From assembly GCA_964511345.1 (NCBI GenBank), contig CAZEEV010000002.1, positions 2,770-66,769 on the forward strand: a DNA stretch of 64,000 nt, read 5' to 3'. The DNA comes from an uncultured Pseudomonadales bacterium. Its GTDB lineage: Bacteria; Patescibacteriota; Microgenomatia; UBA1400; PJMF01. Positions 9,512-18,898 of the stretch are shown in pieces (position 1 is the first letter of the stretch; every line of letters begins with the position of its first letter). The translations under genes and the position numbers were made by a program. Below the pieces are notes generated by a model. The model made no database searches. It was not told where the DNA came from and saw only the letters and a list, made by a program, of their open reading frames with translations.

Positions 9512-10804
9512 ATGCTTCACACTCCTAAAGTTCTAGATATTAAAGACAAAACTGTGCTGGTCAGAGTTGATTTTAACGTGCCACTCAAAAAAACTATTGA
9601 TAATGGCACTCCTAAATACAACGTGGCTGATGATCAACGCATTAGGAGTTCACTAGAAACTTTACTTTTTTTGAAAGAACACGACGCAAAAATTATTCTT
9701 ATTTCTCACCTTGGAAGACCAGATGGTAAAGCAATTAAGGAATTTAGTTTAGAACCAGTAGCTTCCTATCTCAAAAATAATCTTGGATTGGATGCGCAAT
9801 TTGCCGCAGACTGCATAGGCAATCAAGTGACTAAAAAAGTTGCCGAATTAAAAAAAGGCGAAATTCTATTACTAGAAAATCTTCGTTTCCATGAGGAAGA
9901 AGAGGCTAATAATGCTGATTTTGCTAAAGAAATCATCAGAGACACCAAGGCAGAAGTGTTTATTAACGAAGCTTTCTCTGCTTCTCACAGAGCTCACGCC
10001 TCTGTCGTAGGCATTGCTCCATTTTTACCAAGTTTTGCAGGTTTTGATTTAGCAGCAGAAGTTAATATTTTAATTAAAATCTTGGAAAAAGCTCCTCGCC
10101 CATTTGTAGTGGTACTTGGCGGAGCAAAAATTGATGACAAGGTTTCTGCAGTTAGAAATTTGTCCAAATTAGCCGACCTAGTTCTGGTTGGTGGAGGGAT
10201 TGCTAATGCGTTCTTAAAAGCTAGTGGTATTGAGGTGCACAAATCGTTTATGGGAAAAAATGCAGAAGAAAACGTTAAAATTGCTAAAGAAATTCTTTCT
10301 GAACACCAAACAGAAAGAACTATGATCGATGTAGAAACAAACAGCAAAGGTTTGCCACTACCAAAAGTGGTAGTACCAGTTGACGTTTTAGTTGCCAAAA
10401 ATCCAGATGTAAGTAATGAACGGGAAGTGACTCGTCTCGAATTATTAAAAAATGTTAAAGACAGCGAGACTGATTTAGATCTTCAATACTTAGATATTGG
10501 CAAAGAAACTATAGCTTTATATAAATATTTATTATCAAAAGCTAAAACAATTTTTTTCAACGGCCCACTAGGCGTCTTTGAGAATCCACTTTTTGCCAAA
10601 GGTAGTAGAGAAATTGCTAAAGCTATTGCCAACAATACTACTAACTCAGCAACCGTCACTATTTGCGGTGGAGGTGAAACCAACGCGGTGATTAATGCTT
10701 GCGGTCTGCGAGACCGTTTTACTCACGTTTCAACAGCCGGCGGAGCCGCTTTAGAGTTCTTAGGTGGAGAAAAGTTGCCAGGTATTGAAATACTAAAAAA
10801 GTAA
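9512..10804 (+). CDS. pgk: phosphoglycerate kinase
   Basis: KTVLVRVDFNVPL, ILISHLGRPDGK, VVLGGAKIDDKV, GGGIANAFL, ICGGGETNAVI, STAGGAALEFLGGEKLPGIE. The ORF-track start at 9422 overlaps rpsA; the ATG at 9512 (MLHTPKVLD) is the likely start. Confidence 0.9.
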   Translation: MLHTPKVLDIKDKTVLVRVDFNVPLKKTIDNGTPKYNVADDQRIRSSLETLLFLKEHDAKIILISHLGRPDGKAIKEFSLEPVASYLKNNLGLDAQFAADCIGNQVTKKVAELKKGEILLLENLRFHEEEEANNADFAKEIIRDTKAEVFINEAFSASHRAHASVVGIAPFLPSFAGFDLAAEVNILIKILEKAPRPFVVVLGGAKIDDKVSAVRNLSKLADLVLVGGGIANAFLKASGIEVHKSFMGKNAEENVKIAKEILSEHQTERTMIDVETNSKGLPLPKVVVPVDVLVAKNPDVSNEREVTRLELLKNVKDSETDLDLQYLDIGKETIALYKYLLSKAKTIFFNGPLGVFENPLFAKGSREIAKAIANNTTNSATVTICGGGETNAVINACGLRDRFTHVSTAGGAALEFLGGEKLPGIEILKK

Positions 10805-10819
10805 TTTAAATTTTGGTAG

Positions 10820-12979
10820 CTATTCTTTGGGTAACGGCCAAAAGCTGCTCCAACTGTCTATATCTTTGAAATGTTCGTGTATTTTTTCTAGTCTCACCTT
10901 TTCTTCTGGAGTCTTGCCAACAGCAATTACTTCACGCCATAGAGACCAAGCAAAGTTTGGCTGCTTAGCTATTATTTCTTCTGTCAAAACAAAATAATCG
11001 TCTAACTGGTCATTTTTAAATAAATAGGTTAAAGTTTTTCCATAGAGGCCCATGTACTCATAAAAGTATTTATTCATTAATTCCGGATTAAAATCTTTAA
11101 AATACTTAAGAAAAATTGCAACTTGAGACAAATTATTGTCATCCAAAAAAGCTGATCGTCTATCTCCCATGACAAATTTATTAAGAAAAATGGCTTTTTT
11201 ATAATAACTAGCTGCCAATTCTAGATTTTTTTCTGTATAAGCTTGATTAGCAAAATTGAAGAATTGCTGAGACAAATTCCTCTGATCCCAATAATTTAGA
11301 AAGATCCCATTGTTTAAAAAGTTGTATTTAACGAGCACTTCAATATATTTATTTGCAAGAAGATCAGCAGTTCGATAATCATATTGGTCAAATTCCACAT
11401 TATTGATAAAAGAAGATGGATCAAGATCGGCATATTCAATCTGTAAAATTGCTCTTTTGTCAGGGTTTACTGAAGCAATAGAAAAAAATCTAAATAGAAA
11501 CTCAGTATCATATTTATAAAGCGGATATAGAGTCATAAAATTTTCATATGACAATTTTCGATCATTTAAAAGCAAGCGAACTTGGCGATCTGAATATGGC
11601 AAATATTTAACAATCAATCCTGATTTATTAAACCTATAAAGGACCTGCGCAAAGAAGCTATATATAGCAAAAAAAGCGGTAATGATTAGGATAAAGATAT
11701 AGTATTTTTTATAGAACTTTGTTTTCAAATCAACTCTATTATGATGATCTTCTCTTAAAATCATGGCTAAAAATATTAGAGTTAAAGTAAAAATAACAAA
11801 AAAGTTCCAATCAAAATCAAACATAGCATTTAGTAAAGATGCAGAAGCAGCTAACCATAAAAATTTATATAAATGCTCATTATCACTTTTGATGAGTACA
11901 AAGCTTCTATGGAAAATATAGAATACGAAAAAAATAAAAAAACCACCAACTAATATTCCACATTCAGCTAAATTATGTAAAAAGATATTGTGAGCATAAG
12001 AAGTAACTTGCTGATCTTTAATAGGAAATTGACGATTAGCAAAACCAAAATTTTTAAGCCCTACTCCAAAATAAGGATTTTGCTTAAAAATAAGTATAGC
12101 TTTTTTCCAGTATACAAGGCGATAATTCTCCAAAAGTGGTTTGCAAATTTCTTTGTTTGTAAATACGAGAGGACAAAAACTTTCTCCATTCTTATTGAAA
12201 GGTATGGAAAGAAATAAAAACAATATTCCTATTGATAAAAAAGTAAAAATAAATGTTTTACCAATAATTCTAATAAAATTGTTATTTTCTAAAGAAGCAA
12301 AAGCTTTTTTGTTTGTAAAAAAAATTAGAATTAATTGAATTAAAGAAATCAATAAAGCCAATCTCGCTAAACTTAGAATAATTAACAAATATGAAGAAAT
12401 TAATAAAATAATTATTAAAAGATTAGTTTCTTTAGTATTAGTTTTTCTTTCACCTTTAAATAGAAATTGCCACCAAAAAATAGGTATCATTAGCAATAAG
12501 AAGGCAACGTAATGATTATGCCCATAATTTCTTACTAATAAGTTCATGCCTGGAAAAATATCCTGTTGATTTTTATAAAAGGTAAAAAATAAAACAAAGA
12601 TATTAATTATCAGGGTCATAATTGACGAAAAATAAAAAAACAACTTAGGTTCGATGGTATTAGTTTTAGAAGAATTAAAGAACACAAAAATGGCCAAAGA
12701 TACTAAGTAAAAAAGCAATTTTTCAATAGATAGTGGAATTTGCCTTGAAAAGATAATACTCAGAGCAAATAGCACTGATAAAATTAAGGCAAAGACAGAT
12801 GCTTTCGGCATTTTTGGTTCAAAGAAGTTAATCTTATCAGCCAATCTACTAAAAAATAATAAAAAGATGGTCCATAAACTAAATAAATAGAAGCGATACT
12901 CTCCCTCAATTAAAAAAAATGATAAAAGGAAAAGCAGAAAAAAAATGGGATAAAAAAAGTTTCTAAAAAATTTTTCCAT
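10820..12979 (-). CDS. O-antigen ligase/polymerase-like (Wzy_C) membrane protein with large C-terminal non-membrane domain
   Basis: About 12 TM helices and the motif YAHNIFLHNLAECGILVGGFF, typical of the Wzy_C/WaaL family; 719 aa. Confidence 0.55.
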   Translation of the reverse strand: MEKFFRNFFYPIFFLLFLLSFFLIEGEYRFYLFSLWTIFLLFFSRLADKINFFEPKMPKASVFALILSVLFALSIIFSRQIPLSIEKLLFYLVSLAIFVFFNSSKTNTIEPKLFFYFSSIMTLIINIFVLFFTFYKNQQDIFPGMNLLVRNYGHNHYVAFLLLMIPIFWWQFLFKGERKTNTKETNLLIIILLISSYLLIILSLARLALLISLIQLILIFFTNKKAFASLENNNFIRIIGKTFIFTFLSIGILFLFLSIPFNKNGESFCPLVFTNKEICKPLLENYRLVYWKKAILIFKQNPYFGVGLKNFGFANRQFPIKDQQVTSYAHNIFLHNLAECGILVGGFFIFFVFYIFHRSFVLIKSDNEHLYKFLWLAASASLLNAMFDFDWNFFVIFTLTLIFLAMILREDHHNRVDLKTKFYKKYYIFILIITAFFAIYSFFAQVLYRFNKSGLIVKYLPYSDRQVRLLLNDRKLSYENFMTLYPLYKYDTEFLFRFFSIASVNPDKRAILQIEYADLDPSSFINNVEFDQYDYRTADLLANKYIEVLVKYNFLNNGIFLNYWDQRNLSQQFFNFANQAYTEKNLELAASYYKKAIFLNKFVMGDRRSAFLDDNNLSQVAIFLKYFKDFNPELMNKYFYEYMGLYGKTLTYLFKNDQLDDYFVLTEEIIAKQPNFAWSLWREVIAVGKTPEEKVRLEKIHEHFKDIDSWSSFWPLPKE

Positions 12980-13009
12980 TACTTTCTTATAAGAATATAC
13001 TCAATATTA

Positions 13010-14335
13010 TCACGATCCAGGGTGAACAACATAAGCTTTATATAATTTTTTAAACTCATTAAATCTACCATATCTAAATTCACACAAATTTTTGAGAAAC
13101 AATAAAGCAAACTTCCTAATAAATTTGCCATCTAATGAATGAAAAGACGAAGAAATACTTCGTATTCTCAAGATTGACGTCTTTGTTATTTCTTTCTCTA
13201 AGAGTTTGTTAATAGGCGAAAAAATGTGTAAATGCTGTTCAGAATTTAGATAAATTGGTCTAATGCCTAATTTCAATAAACGGTTATACTGGGCAAGAAA
13301 TTCAGTCTTGATATCATCAATTTTAATCAAACCTAAATTTAACCTCAACATAAAAAAGAATAAATTATAAAATTTGCCACTCGAATCAACTAAGCTTTTG
13401 ACCTTATCTACATCTGTACAGGGCTTACCTCTTAAAAGATTAAAGTGCATTGAGTAATCAATAGGATTTTGAGCCAATTTTAACTTTTCCAAATCAGACT
13501 GTTTAACTAAATTGGGCATAATAGAAACTACATTTAAAGACATTGAATTTACTTCATCGAGAATTGCCTGATTAACTCTGCTAGAAATTCCAAAGTCATC
13601 AGCATCTATTAGGGAGCAGAAAAAAACACTTCTAAAGAAATATTTAGTTTTAATAATAGAAATTAAATCACTAATAGTTGATTTAATTCTTCTAGTTCCA
13701 AAATACCTTGATTTTCTTAATTCAACTATTTTCTGCGGTAAATCAACAAAAATAGCACCATTTTTAGTTAAACGTAAGATTAGCTCCGTATCAAAAAGCT
13801 CATTTTGAGTTCGACAGCTCTTGGCAATTTCCACTAAGTTTTCAGATTTGCGAAAAGCCTTAATTCCATGAGTATCGGTCCCTGGATAGTTGAGCACTAA
13901 TCTTAAGAAAACATTGAAAAAATAAGTCATCATTCTTCTAAAAAAAGACCTCTGGTCATCGCTACTCGTTAAAGTTTTGGATCCAATTACAACGTCAATT
14001 GTTTTCAACAACTTATTAGCTTTCTCTATAAAATCAAAATCAAAATAATCTACATTTAATACAAAAACATTTTTCCCAACAGCGTTAAGAATGCCCCACC
14101 TAATAGCCATACCATATGATGGACTTGGAAAGTGATGGGCTTTAACAAAAGCATACTTTTTTTCTAATCGTTTAGCTATTAACCAAGAATTATCACTACT
14201 ACCATTTTCTACTAAAATAACTCCAAATTTATTTTGATATTTTTTATTTGCAAAATCGAAAAATTTAGTTAATTGATTTTCTAAAAATAAGGCCTCATTG
14301 TGAATTGGGAAAATGAATGAATAAATTTTTAGCAT
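13010..14335 (-). CDS. bifunctional GT2 glycosyltransferase fused to a YdjC/ChbG-like carbohydrate deacetylase
   Basis: N-terminal YSFIFPIHNEALFLE...VILVENGSSDNS (GT2); C-terminal CSLIDADDFGISSRVNQAILDEV matches the YdjC family N-terminal ADDFG signature. Confidence 0.6.
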   Translation of the reverse strand: MLKIYSFIFPIHNEALFLENQLTKFFDFANKKYQNKFGVILVENGSSDNSWLIAKRLEKKYAFVKAHHFPSPSYGMAIRWGILNAVGKNVFVLNVDYFDFDFIEKANKLLKTIDVVIGSKTLTSSDDQRSFFRRMMTYFFNVFLRLVLNYPGTDTHGIKAFRKSENLVEIAKSCRTQNELFDTELILRLTKNGAIFVDLPQKIVELRKSRYFGTRRIKSTISDLISIIKTKYFFRSVFFCSLIDADDFGISSRVNQAILDEVNSMSLNVVSIMPNLVKQSDLEKLKLAQNPIDYSMHFNLLRGKPCTDVDKVKSLVDSSGKFYNLFFFMLRLNLGLIKIDDIKTEFLAQYNRLLKLGIRPIYLNSEQHLHIFSPINKLLEKEITKTSILRIRSISSSFHSLDGKFIRKFALLFLKNLCEFRYGRFNEFKKLYKAYVVHPGS

Positions 14336-14338
14336 TTT

Positions 14339-15811
14339 TTATTTAAAGTTCAATATATACAAAGATTGATCATTATTCTTATCTACAAATTTTTTATTTG
14401 AGTTAGAATCAGAAAAAATTTGATAATAAACTTGCAAGTCTTCTCTATTCTTGTCTACAGAAGTTTGATTTAGCATGTATATAACTGAACAATCTTTAGT
14501 TTCTTCACGAAGCAAATTGTTGCTGGAATTGTAAATAGGAATAACTTTAACTTTTTGCCCCAAAAAATATCTCAAAGATAAATAATTCCAATATGGCATC
14601 GGGATGATACAACTATTTTTTTCAAAATTATAATTTGCAAAATATGCAACTGGATGATGGCGATAGTCAAAAAGATAATACATATAGTCTGTTTTTTTAT
14701 GGTCGGCAAAATAAATAAAAAATTGACTAATTTGAAACACAATCATTACGTAAACAATTGATTTAATTAACTTTGAATTGAGAGCATAGATATCGGCAAT
14801 GATAATGTAAAAAATAATAGCAAAAGTAATCGAAGTTCTGGCATAAAGAAGACTTCTATCAGTTAAATACACAGCTAAGATAAAAAATAAAAAGAATATT
14901 GCCAAAGAAATAACCACAGACAAAATATATTGATTCTTTTTTTTGTTAGACAACCAAATAATCATAAAAACAAACAATATTAAAAACGGAATAACCAAAA
15001 TGTTGAGTTTATTTAAATCGAAGTATCTTGGAATAATACCAAAAAAATTACCAATCATTTCTAAGGTATTCTGAAAGTTTAATGGTGGTGCCCATTGATT
15101 GACTGCAATACTGTACTCAGCATTTTTAACAAATTTAGGCATAAACCAGCTAATAGACAATAAGAATGTAGCAGATGAAAAAAATGCTGTTTTAAAAGCT
15201 GGCAAACTCCTCTTATATAAAAAATAAGCCAATGGCCAAAGAGGAATTATCCAAACCATGCTGAAATTTGAGAAAAAACCGAGCGAGGCTATTAAACCTA
15301 AAAAAATAGAGGTTTTCATAGAAAAATCATGGTTTTTTTTGATCAAGTAATACCAAAAAAGAGAATAAAAAACAGCTATCCCTAAAACTAAAGAATACAT
15401 CCTATGCTGGAACGTGATATGAACAAAGTAAACATTTGTTAAAAATAGCGTTAAAAAAATGAATAAAAAAGATTTAGGAAGTTTGTTTTTAAAATAAAAA
15501 ATAGAAAAAGATAATAAAACAAAAAGAATAACCACTTGAATTAATCGATAATAGAAGATTCCATGAATAATACCTAAAAAATGTGTCGGAATTTCCATTA
15601 ACATATACCAAAACCCGGGATGACTTATGTCTGGTGAAAAGAAAAAATCACGGAAAGAATAAATATTATTGATATCTATTGATAATATCTCGTCCTCTAT
15701 TGTGTCATGCTCTAAATGAGCAAAATATCTTGGCACAAACAAAAGGACCGCAAACAATGCAAAAAACAGAAATTGTCGGCATCTCTTACTAAACTTCTTT
15801 TTATTGATCAT
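14339..15811 (-). CDS. GT-C fold membrane glycosyltransferase (PMT/ArnT-like, GT39/GT83-type), paralog A
   Basis: About 11 TM helices; acidic DE motif in the first extracytoplasmic loop (HLEHDTIEDEILS); full-length paralog of the split pair at 20762-22194. Confidence 0.5.
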   Translation of the reverse strand: MINKKKFSKRCRQFLFFALFAVLLFVPRYFAHLEHDTIEDEILSIDINNIYSFRDFFFSPDISHPGFWYMLMEIPTHFLGIIHGIFYYRLIQVVILFVLLSFSIFYFKNKLPKSFLFIFLTLFLTNVYFVHITFQHRMYSLVLGIAVFYSLFWYYLIKKNHDFSMKTSIFLGLIASLGFFSNFSMVWIIPLWPLAYFLYKRSLPAFKTAFFSSATFLLSISWFMPKFVKNAEYSIAVNQWAPPLNFQNTLEMIGNFFGIIPRYFDLNKLNILVIPFLILFVFMIIWLSNKKKNQYILSVVISLAIFFLFFILAVYLTDRSLLYARTSITFAIIFYIIIADIYALNSKLIKSIVYVMIVFQISQFFIYFADHKKTDYMYYLFDYRHHPVAYFANYNFEKNSCIIPMPYWNYLSLRYFLGQKVKVIPIYNSSNNLLREETKDCSVIYMLNQTSVDKNREDLQVYYQIFSDSNSNKKFVDKNNDQSLYILNFK

Positions 15812-16790
15812 ATTCGTTGAATAAATTATTTTTTAGGTAATCAAAAATTGTAAGAGCAATTGTATGATGTCCATCTGAATTAGGATGCCCATCAGGCAAA
15901 GTTTGCTTCTTATCAGAGAGATTCGGAACTAAAGAAGCAAATATAGTCATAGGATATCTAGATTTCCACTTATTTAAAATGTCTATCTCTGGAGAACTTA
16001 AATTGTCTTCTTCGTAAGTAAACACTAAAACTGTATTATTACTTGTAAACGCGTAAAAATCATCGAGACTATTGGTAATAATTTTGTCTACTTCCCCTTT
16101 ATACTCATTTTCGATTTGTTGTTGTGCTTTTAGCCAACAGTTAACAACTCCTCTACTACTTGTGTCAGAATTCTGAGCCTGACAATCATCAATTATTGGC
16201 GCCATTAATTCAGACAATCGATTAAATCCAGAGCCACCTTCAAACCAAATAATTAAGTCTGGATTGTATTTCATACCAATATCTTTATATCTTTTAACTA
16301 TGTAAGGAATATCAAAACCAGGCATTCCTAGATTTATGACCTCAAAATGCTTGATGTTAGAAATATTTAGCAAAGAGTTGTTCAGCATGCTCTCTAATTG
16401 CTCTGTCCAATTTTCATTTGTGTTAACAAAATGACCGTATGTAAAAGAATCCCCTAAAGTAACAATACGAAATGTATCTGTTGATTTTTCTAATTCATAA
16501 TCAAAACGATCATGTAAACCATCAACATTGTAGTTATACTTCACTTGATAGCCAAGCCATTTTGGCTCATCTGTAGCAATAATATTCGGTTTTAATTCCC
16601 AATAATGCTTATACTCTGATTCTTTCGGGAAAATTAAATTTTCCTTTTTAATTATTGTGGCCTTATCTGGATCTTGAGTTTTATAAACAATTTTTTTTTG
16701 GTAAAAATTAAAAAGAAAAATAAAACCAATTATCAACTCTATTGCGATTACGGCAATTAAAATAATTTTCTTTTTTTTACTTGAACTCAT
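15801..16790 (-). CDS. SGNH/GDSL-family hydrolase (esterase/acyltransferase-like), membrane-anchored
   Basis: N-terminal TM helix; block I VTLGDSFTYG; later conserved Gly, Asn and DGHH blocks consistent with an SGNH fold. Confidence 0.55.
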   Translation of the reverse strand: MSSSKKKKIILIAVIAIELIIGFIFLFNFYQKKIVYKTQDPDKATIIKKENLIFPKESEYKHYWELKPNIIATDEPKWLGYQVKYNYNVDGLHDRFDYELEKSTDTFRIVTLGDSFTYGHFVNTNENWTEQLESMLNNSLLNISNIKHFEVINLGMPGFDIPYIVKRYKDIGMKYNPDLIIWFEGGSGFNRLSELMAPIIDDCQAQNSDTSSRGVVNCWLKAQQQIENEYKGEVDKIITNSLDDFYAFTSNNTVLVFTYEEDNLSSPEIDILNKWKSRYPMTIFASLVPNLSDKKQTLPDGHPNSDGHHTIALTIFDYLKNNLFNEYDQ

Positions 16791-16809
16791 TTGCGTAAGC
16801 TACATTAAA

Positions 16810-16950
16810 TCAAAAAAGCATATAAATAAAAGCACCAACTGGAGAAACTTGGGCAAAAATAATCAGGGCTCCAAAAACTAAAAAAATCAAAACTGGAGGA
16901 ATCAACCACCACTTTTTATTTTGCCACATAAAATCTAAGATTTCTTTCAT
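16810..16950 (-). CDS. small membrane protein (46 aa), DUF5989-like; absent from the ORF track
   Basis: Manual translation MKEILDFMWQNKKWWLIPPVLIFLVFGALIIFAQVSPVGAFIYMLF. Its ATG overlaps the carbamoyltransferase stop in an ATGA arrangement. As I recall, the pattern (KKWWLIP...aPFIYtLF) matches small proteins that commonly follow carbamoyltransferase genes. Confidence 0.45.
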   Translation of the reverse strand: MKEILDFMWQNKKWWLIPPVLIFLVFGALIIFAQVSPVGAFIYMLF

Positions 16951-18701
16951 TTTGCCTTTCTCATTGTCTTTTTACTCACCACAAACTGATCTATTACTAA
17001 ATAATCTATATCGGTTTTCAACAAACAATCAACAGCCTCATTGGGACGACAAATAATTGGTTCGCCTCTGACATTGAATGATGTATTAATTAAAATTGGC
17101 ACACCAGTTTTTTTGTAATATGCATTTAGCAAATCATAATACATCTTATTATCATTTGGGCGCAAGCTCTCTAAGCGACCGCTACCATCAACATGAACTA
17201 CAGCTGGAACTATTTTTTTCTTGTTCGATAAAAATGGATAAACAGTTAACATCCAACGATTTGATGGTGATTGATCATTTTTAGTTTTTTGACTCATTTT
17301 AAAATAATCAGCAATTTGATCTTCAAAAATTACCGGAGCAAAAGGTCTAAAAAGTTCTCGATTTTTAACTCTGCTATTAATCACTTCTTGCATTTCTTTA
17401 TCAGTAGCTGCCGCTAAAATACTACGATTCCCAAGAGCTCTTGGGCCCCATTCCATACGTCCCTGAAACCAACCAACAATTTTTCGATCAATTAGATAAT
17501 CAGAAATTAAATTCAGTAAACTTTTCTTGGAAATGATTAATTGATAATCTATCAGATTATCTTTTTTATATTTTTTCAAACATTTTTCAATTTGTGACCA
17601 ATTAAACTCAGGGCCAAGATATGGAGAAAAATTATTGCCTAAAGATTTTTTATCCAAACAATCAAATTTATTAGCAAAATACAAAGCAGCGCCCATAGCT
17701 CCGCCGGCATCACTTGGATCTGGTGGAATAAACAATTTTTTAAATGGCGTATTATCCAAAATCTTGCCATTAAGGACTGAATTAAGCGCCACTCCTCCAG
17801 CTAAACAAAGATTAGGATTTTTTTGTTTTTCGTAAACTTTGTTTAACAGGTTAAAAGTTAGCTCTTCTAACTTAAACTGCAGTGTTGCTGCTAAATTTTC
17901 ATGAAATGACTTGATTTCAGACTCCTTAGTTCTTGATTGATTCTCAAAAAGCTCAATAAATTTAGAAGAATACATTCTGTCTCCATAGCCAAAAGAAAAA
18001 TATTCCATGTTTAATGAATAGCTGCCATCTTTGTGAACTCGAACCAGTTTGGTAAATTTATTCAATAATTTTTGATCAACGTGACCGAAAGCCGCTAATC
18101 CCATGACTTTATATTCAGCGTCATTAGCTTCAAAACCTAGATATGTAGTAAAAGTGCTATAAAGAAGCCCAAGTGAATTTGGGAAATTAATTTGCTGATC
18201 AATTTTGATATTTTTGCCAAAACCACGCCCCACCGTTGTCGTAGCCCACTCTCCAACCCCATCTAGAGTAACAATGCTGGCGGAATCAAAGTTTGATAAA
18301 TAATAGCTACTGGCAGCATGAGCGAAATGATGATCAACAAAAAAAACTTTTCCATAATAGTTGAGTTGCTTTTTAATAATTTCACGAAAACGCAAACGAT
18401 GAGTCAACCACTGCCCCATATGTTTAATAAAATTTAGATAACTCTTTGGAAAATACTCTAAATGTTGTGTAAAAATTCTTTCTAATTTAATAATTGGTTT
18501 TTCATAAAAAATCACTGCATCTAGTTCATTTGCAGCAATGGCTGATTGACTCAAACAAAAATCAATTGCCTGAGAAGGAAAAGAATTGTCATGCTTAATT
18601 CTAGAAAATCTTTCTTCTGCTGCCGCAGCAATTATTTTGCCATCAACAATTAAGCAGGCGGCTGCATCATGATAATAACAAGATATACCAAGTATTTTCA
18701 T
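16947..18701 (-). CDS. carbamoyltransferase (NodU/CmcH family)
   Basis: N-terminal MKILGISCYYHDAAACLIVDGKIIAAAAEERFSRIKHD, the hallmark of the NodU/CmcH/HypF-like carbamoyltransferase N-terminal domain; 584 aa with a C-terminal carbamoyltransferase domain. Confidence 0.85.
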   Translation of the reverse strand: MKILGISCYYHDAAACLIVDGKIIAAAAEERFSRIKHDNSFPSQAIDFCLSQSAIAANELDAVIFYEKPIIKLERIFTQHLEYFPKSYLNFIKHMGQWLTHRLRFREIIKKQLNYYGKVFFVDHHFAHAASSYYLSNFDSASIVTLDGVGEWATTTVGRGFGKNIKIDQQINFPNSLGLLYSTFTTYLGFEANDAEYKVMGLAAFGHVDQKLLNKFTKLVRVHKDGSYSLNMEYFSFGYGDRMYSSKFIELFENQSRTKESEIKSFHENLAATLQFKLEELTFNLLNKVYEKQKNPNLCLAGGVALNSVLNGKILDNTPFKKLFIPPDPSDAGGAMGAALYFANKFDCLDKKSLGNNFSPYLGPEFNWSQIEKCLKKYKKDNLIDYQLIISKKSLLNLISDYLIDRKIVGWFQGRMEWGPRALGNRSILAAATDKEMQEVINSRVKNRELFRPFAPVIFEDQIADYFKMSQKTKNDQSPSNRWMLTVYPFLSNKKKIVPAVVHVDGSGRLESLRPNDNKMYYDLLNAYYKKTGVPILINTSFNVRGEPIICRPNEAVDCLLKTDIDYLVIDQFVVSKKTMRKAK

Positions 18702-18898
18702 TAAAACATCTTTTCTAGATTGTCACCTTCTTTAAAGTTTGTATAACTAGTTTTTTTATTATTTTTACTCTTCAATAACAAGAAATCCTTAGCAACAATT
18801 CTAGCAAAAATGGCAGTAAAACCTATACCAATAAAGTAAACAATCGACAATAAAATGAAATTAGAAAGAATTGTAAGCTTTTGTTTAATTATCTTCAT
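18701..18898 (-). CDS. small membrane protein (65 aa) immediately upstream of the carbamoyltransferase (SxtJ-like position)
   Basis: Single TM helix; 1-nt overlap with the carbamoyltransferase start; the positional analogy is an inference. Confidence 0.35.
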   Translation of the reverse strand: MKIIKQKLTILSNFILLSIVYFIGIGFTAIFARIVAKDFLLLKSKNNKKTSYTNFKEGDNLEKMF

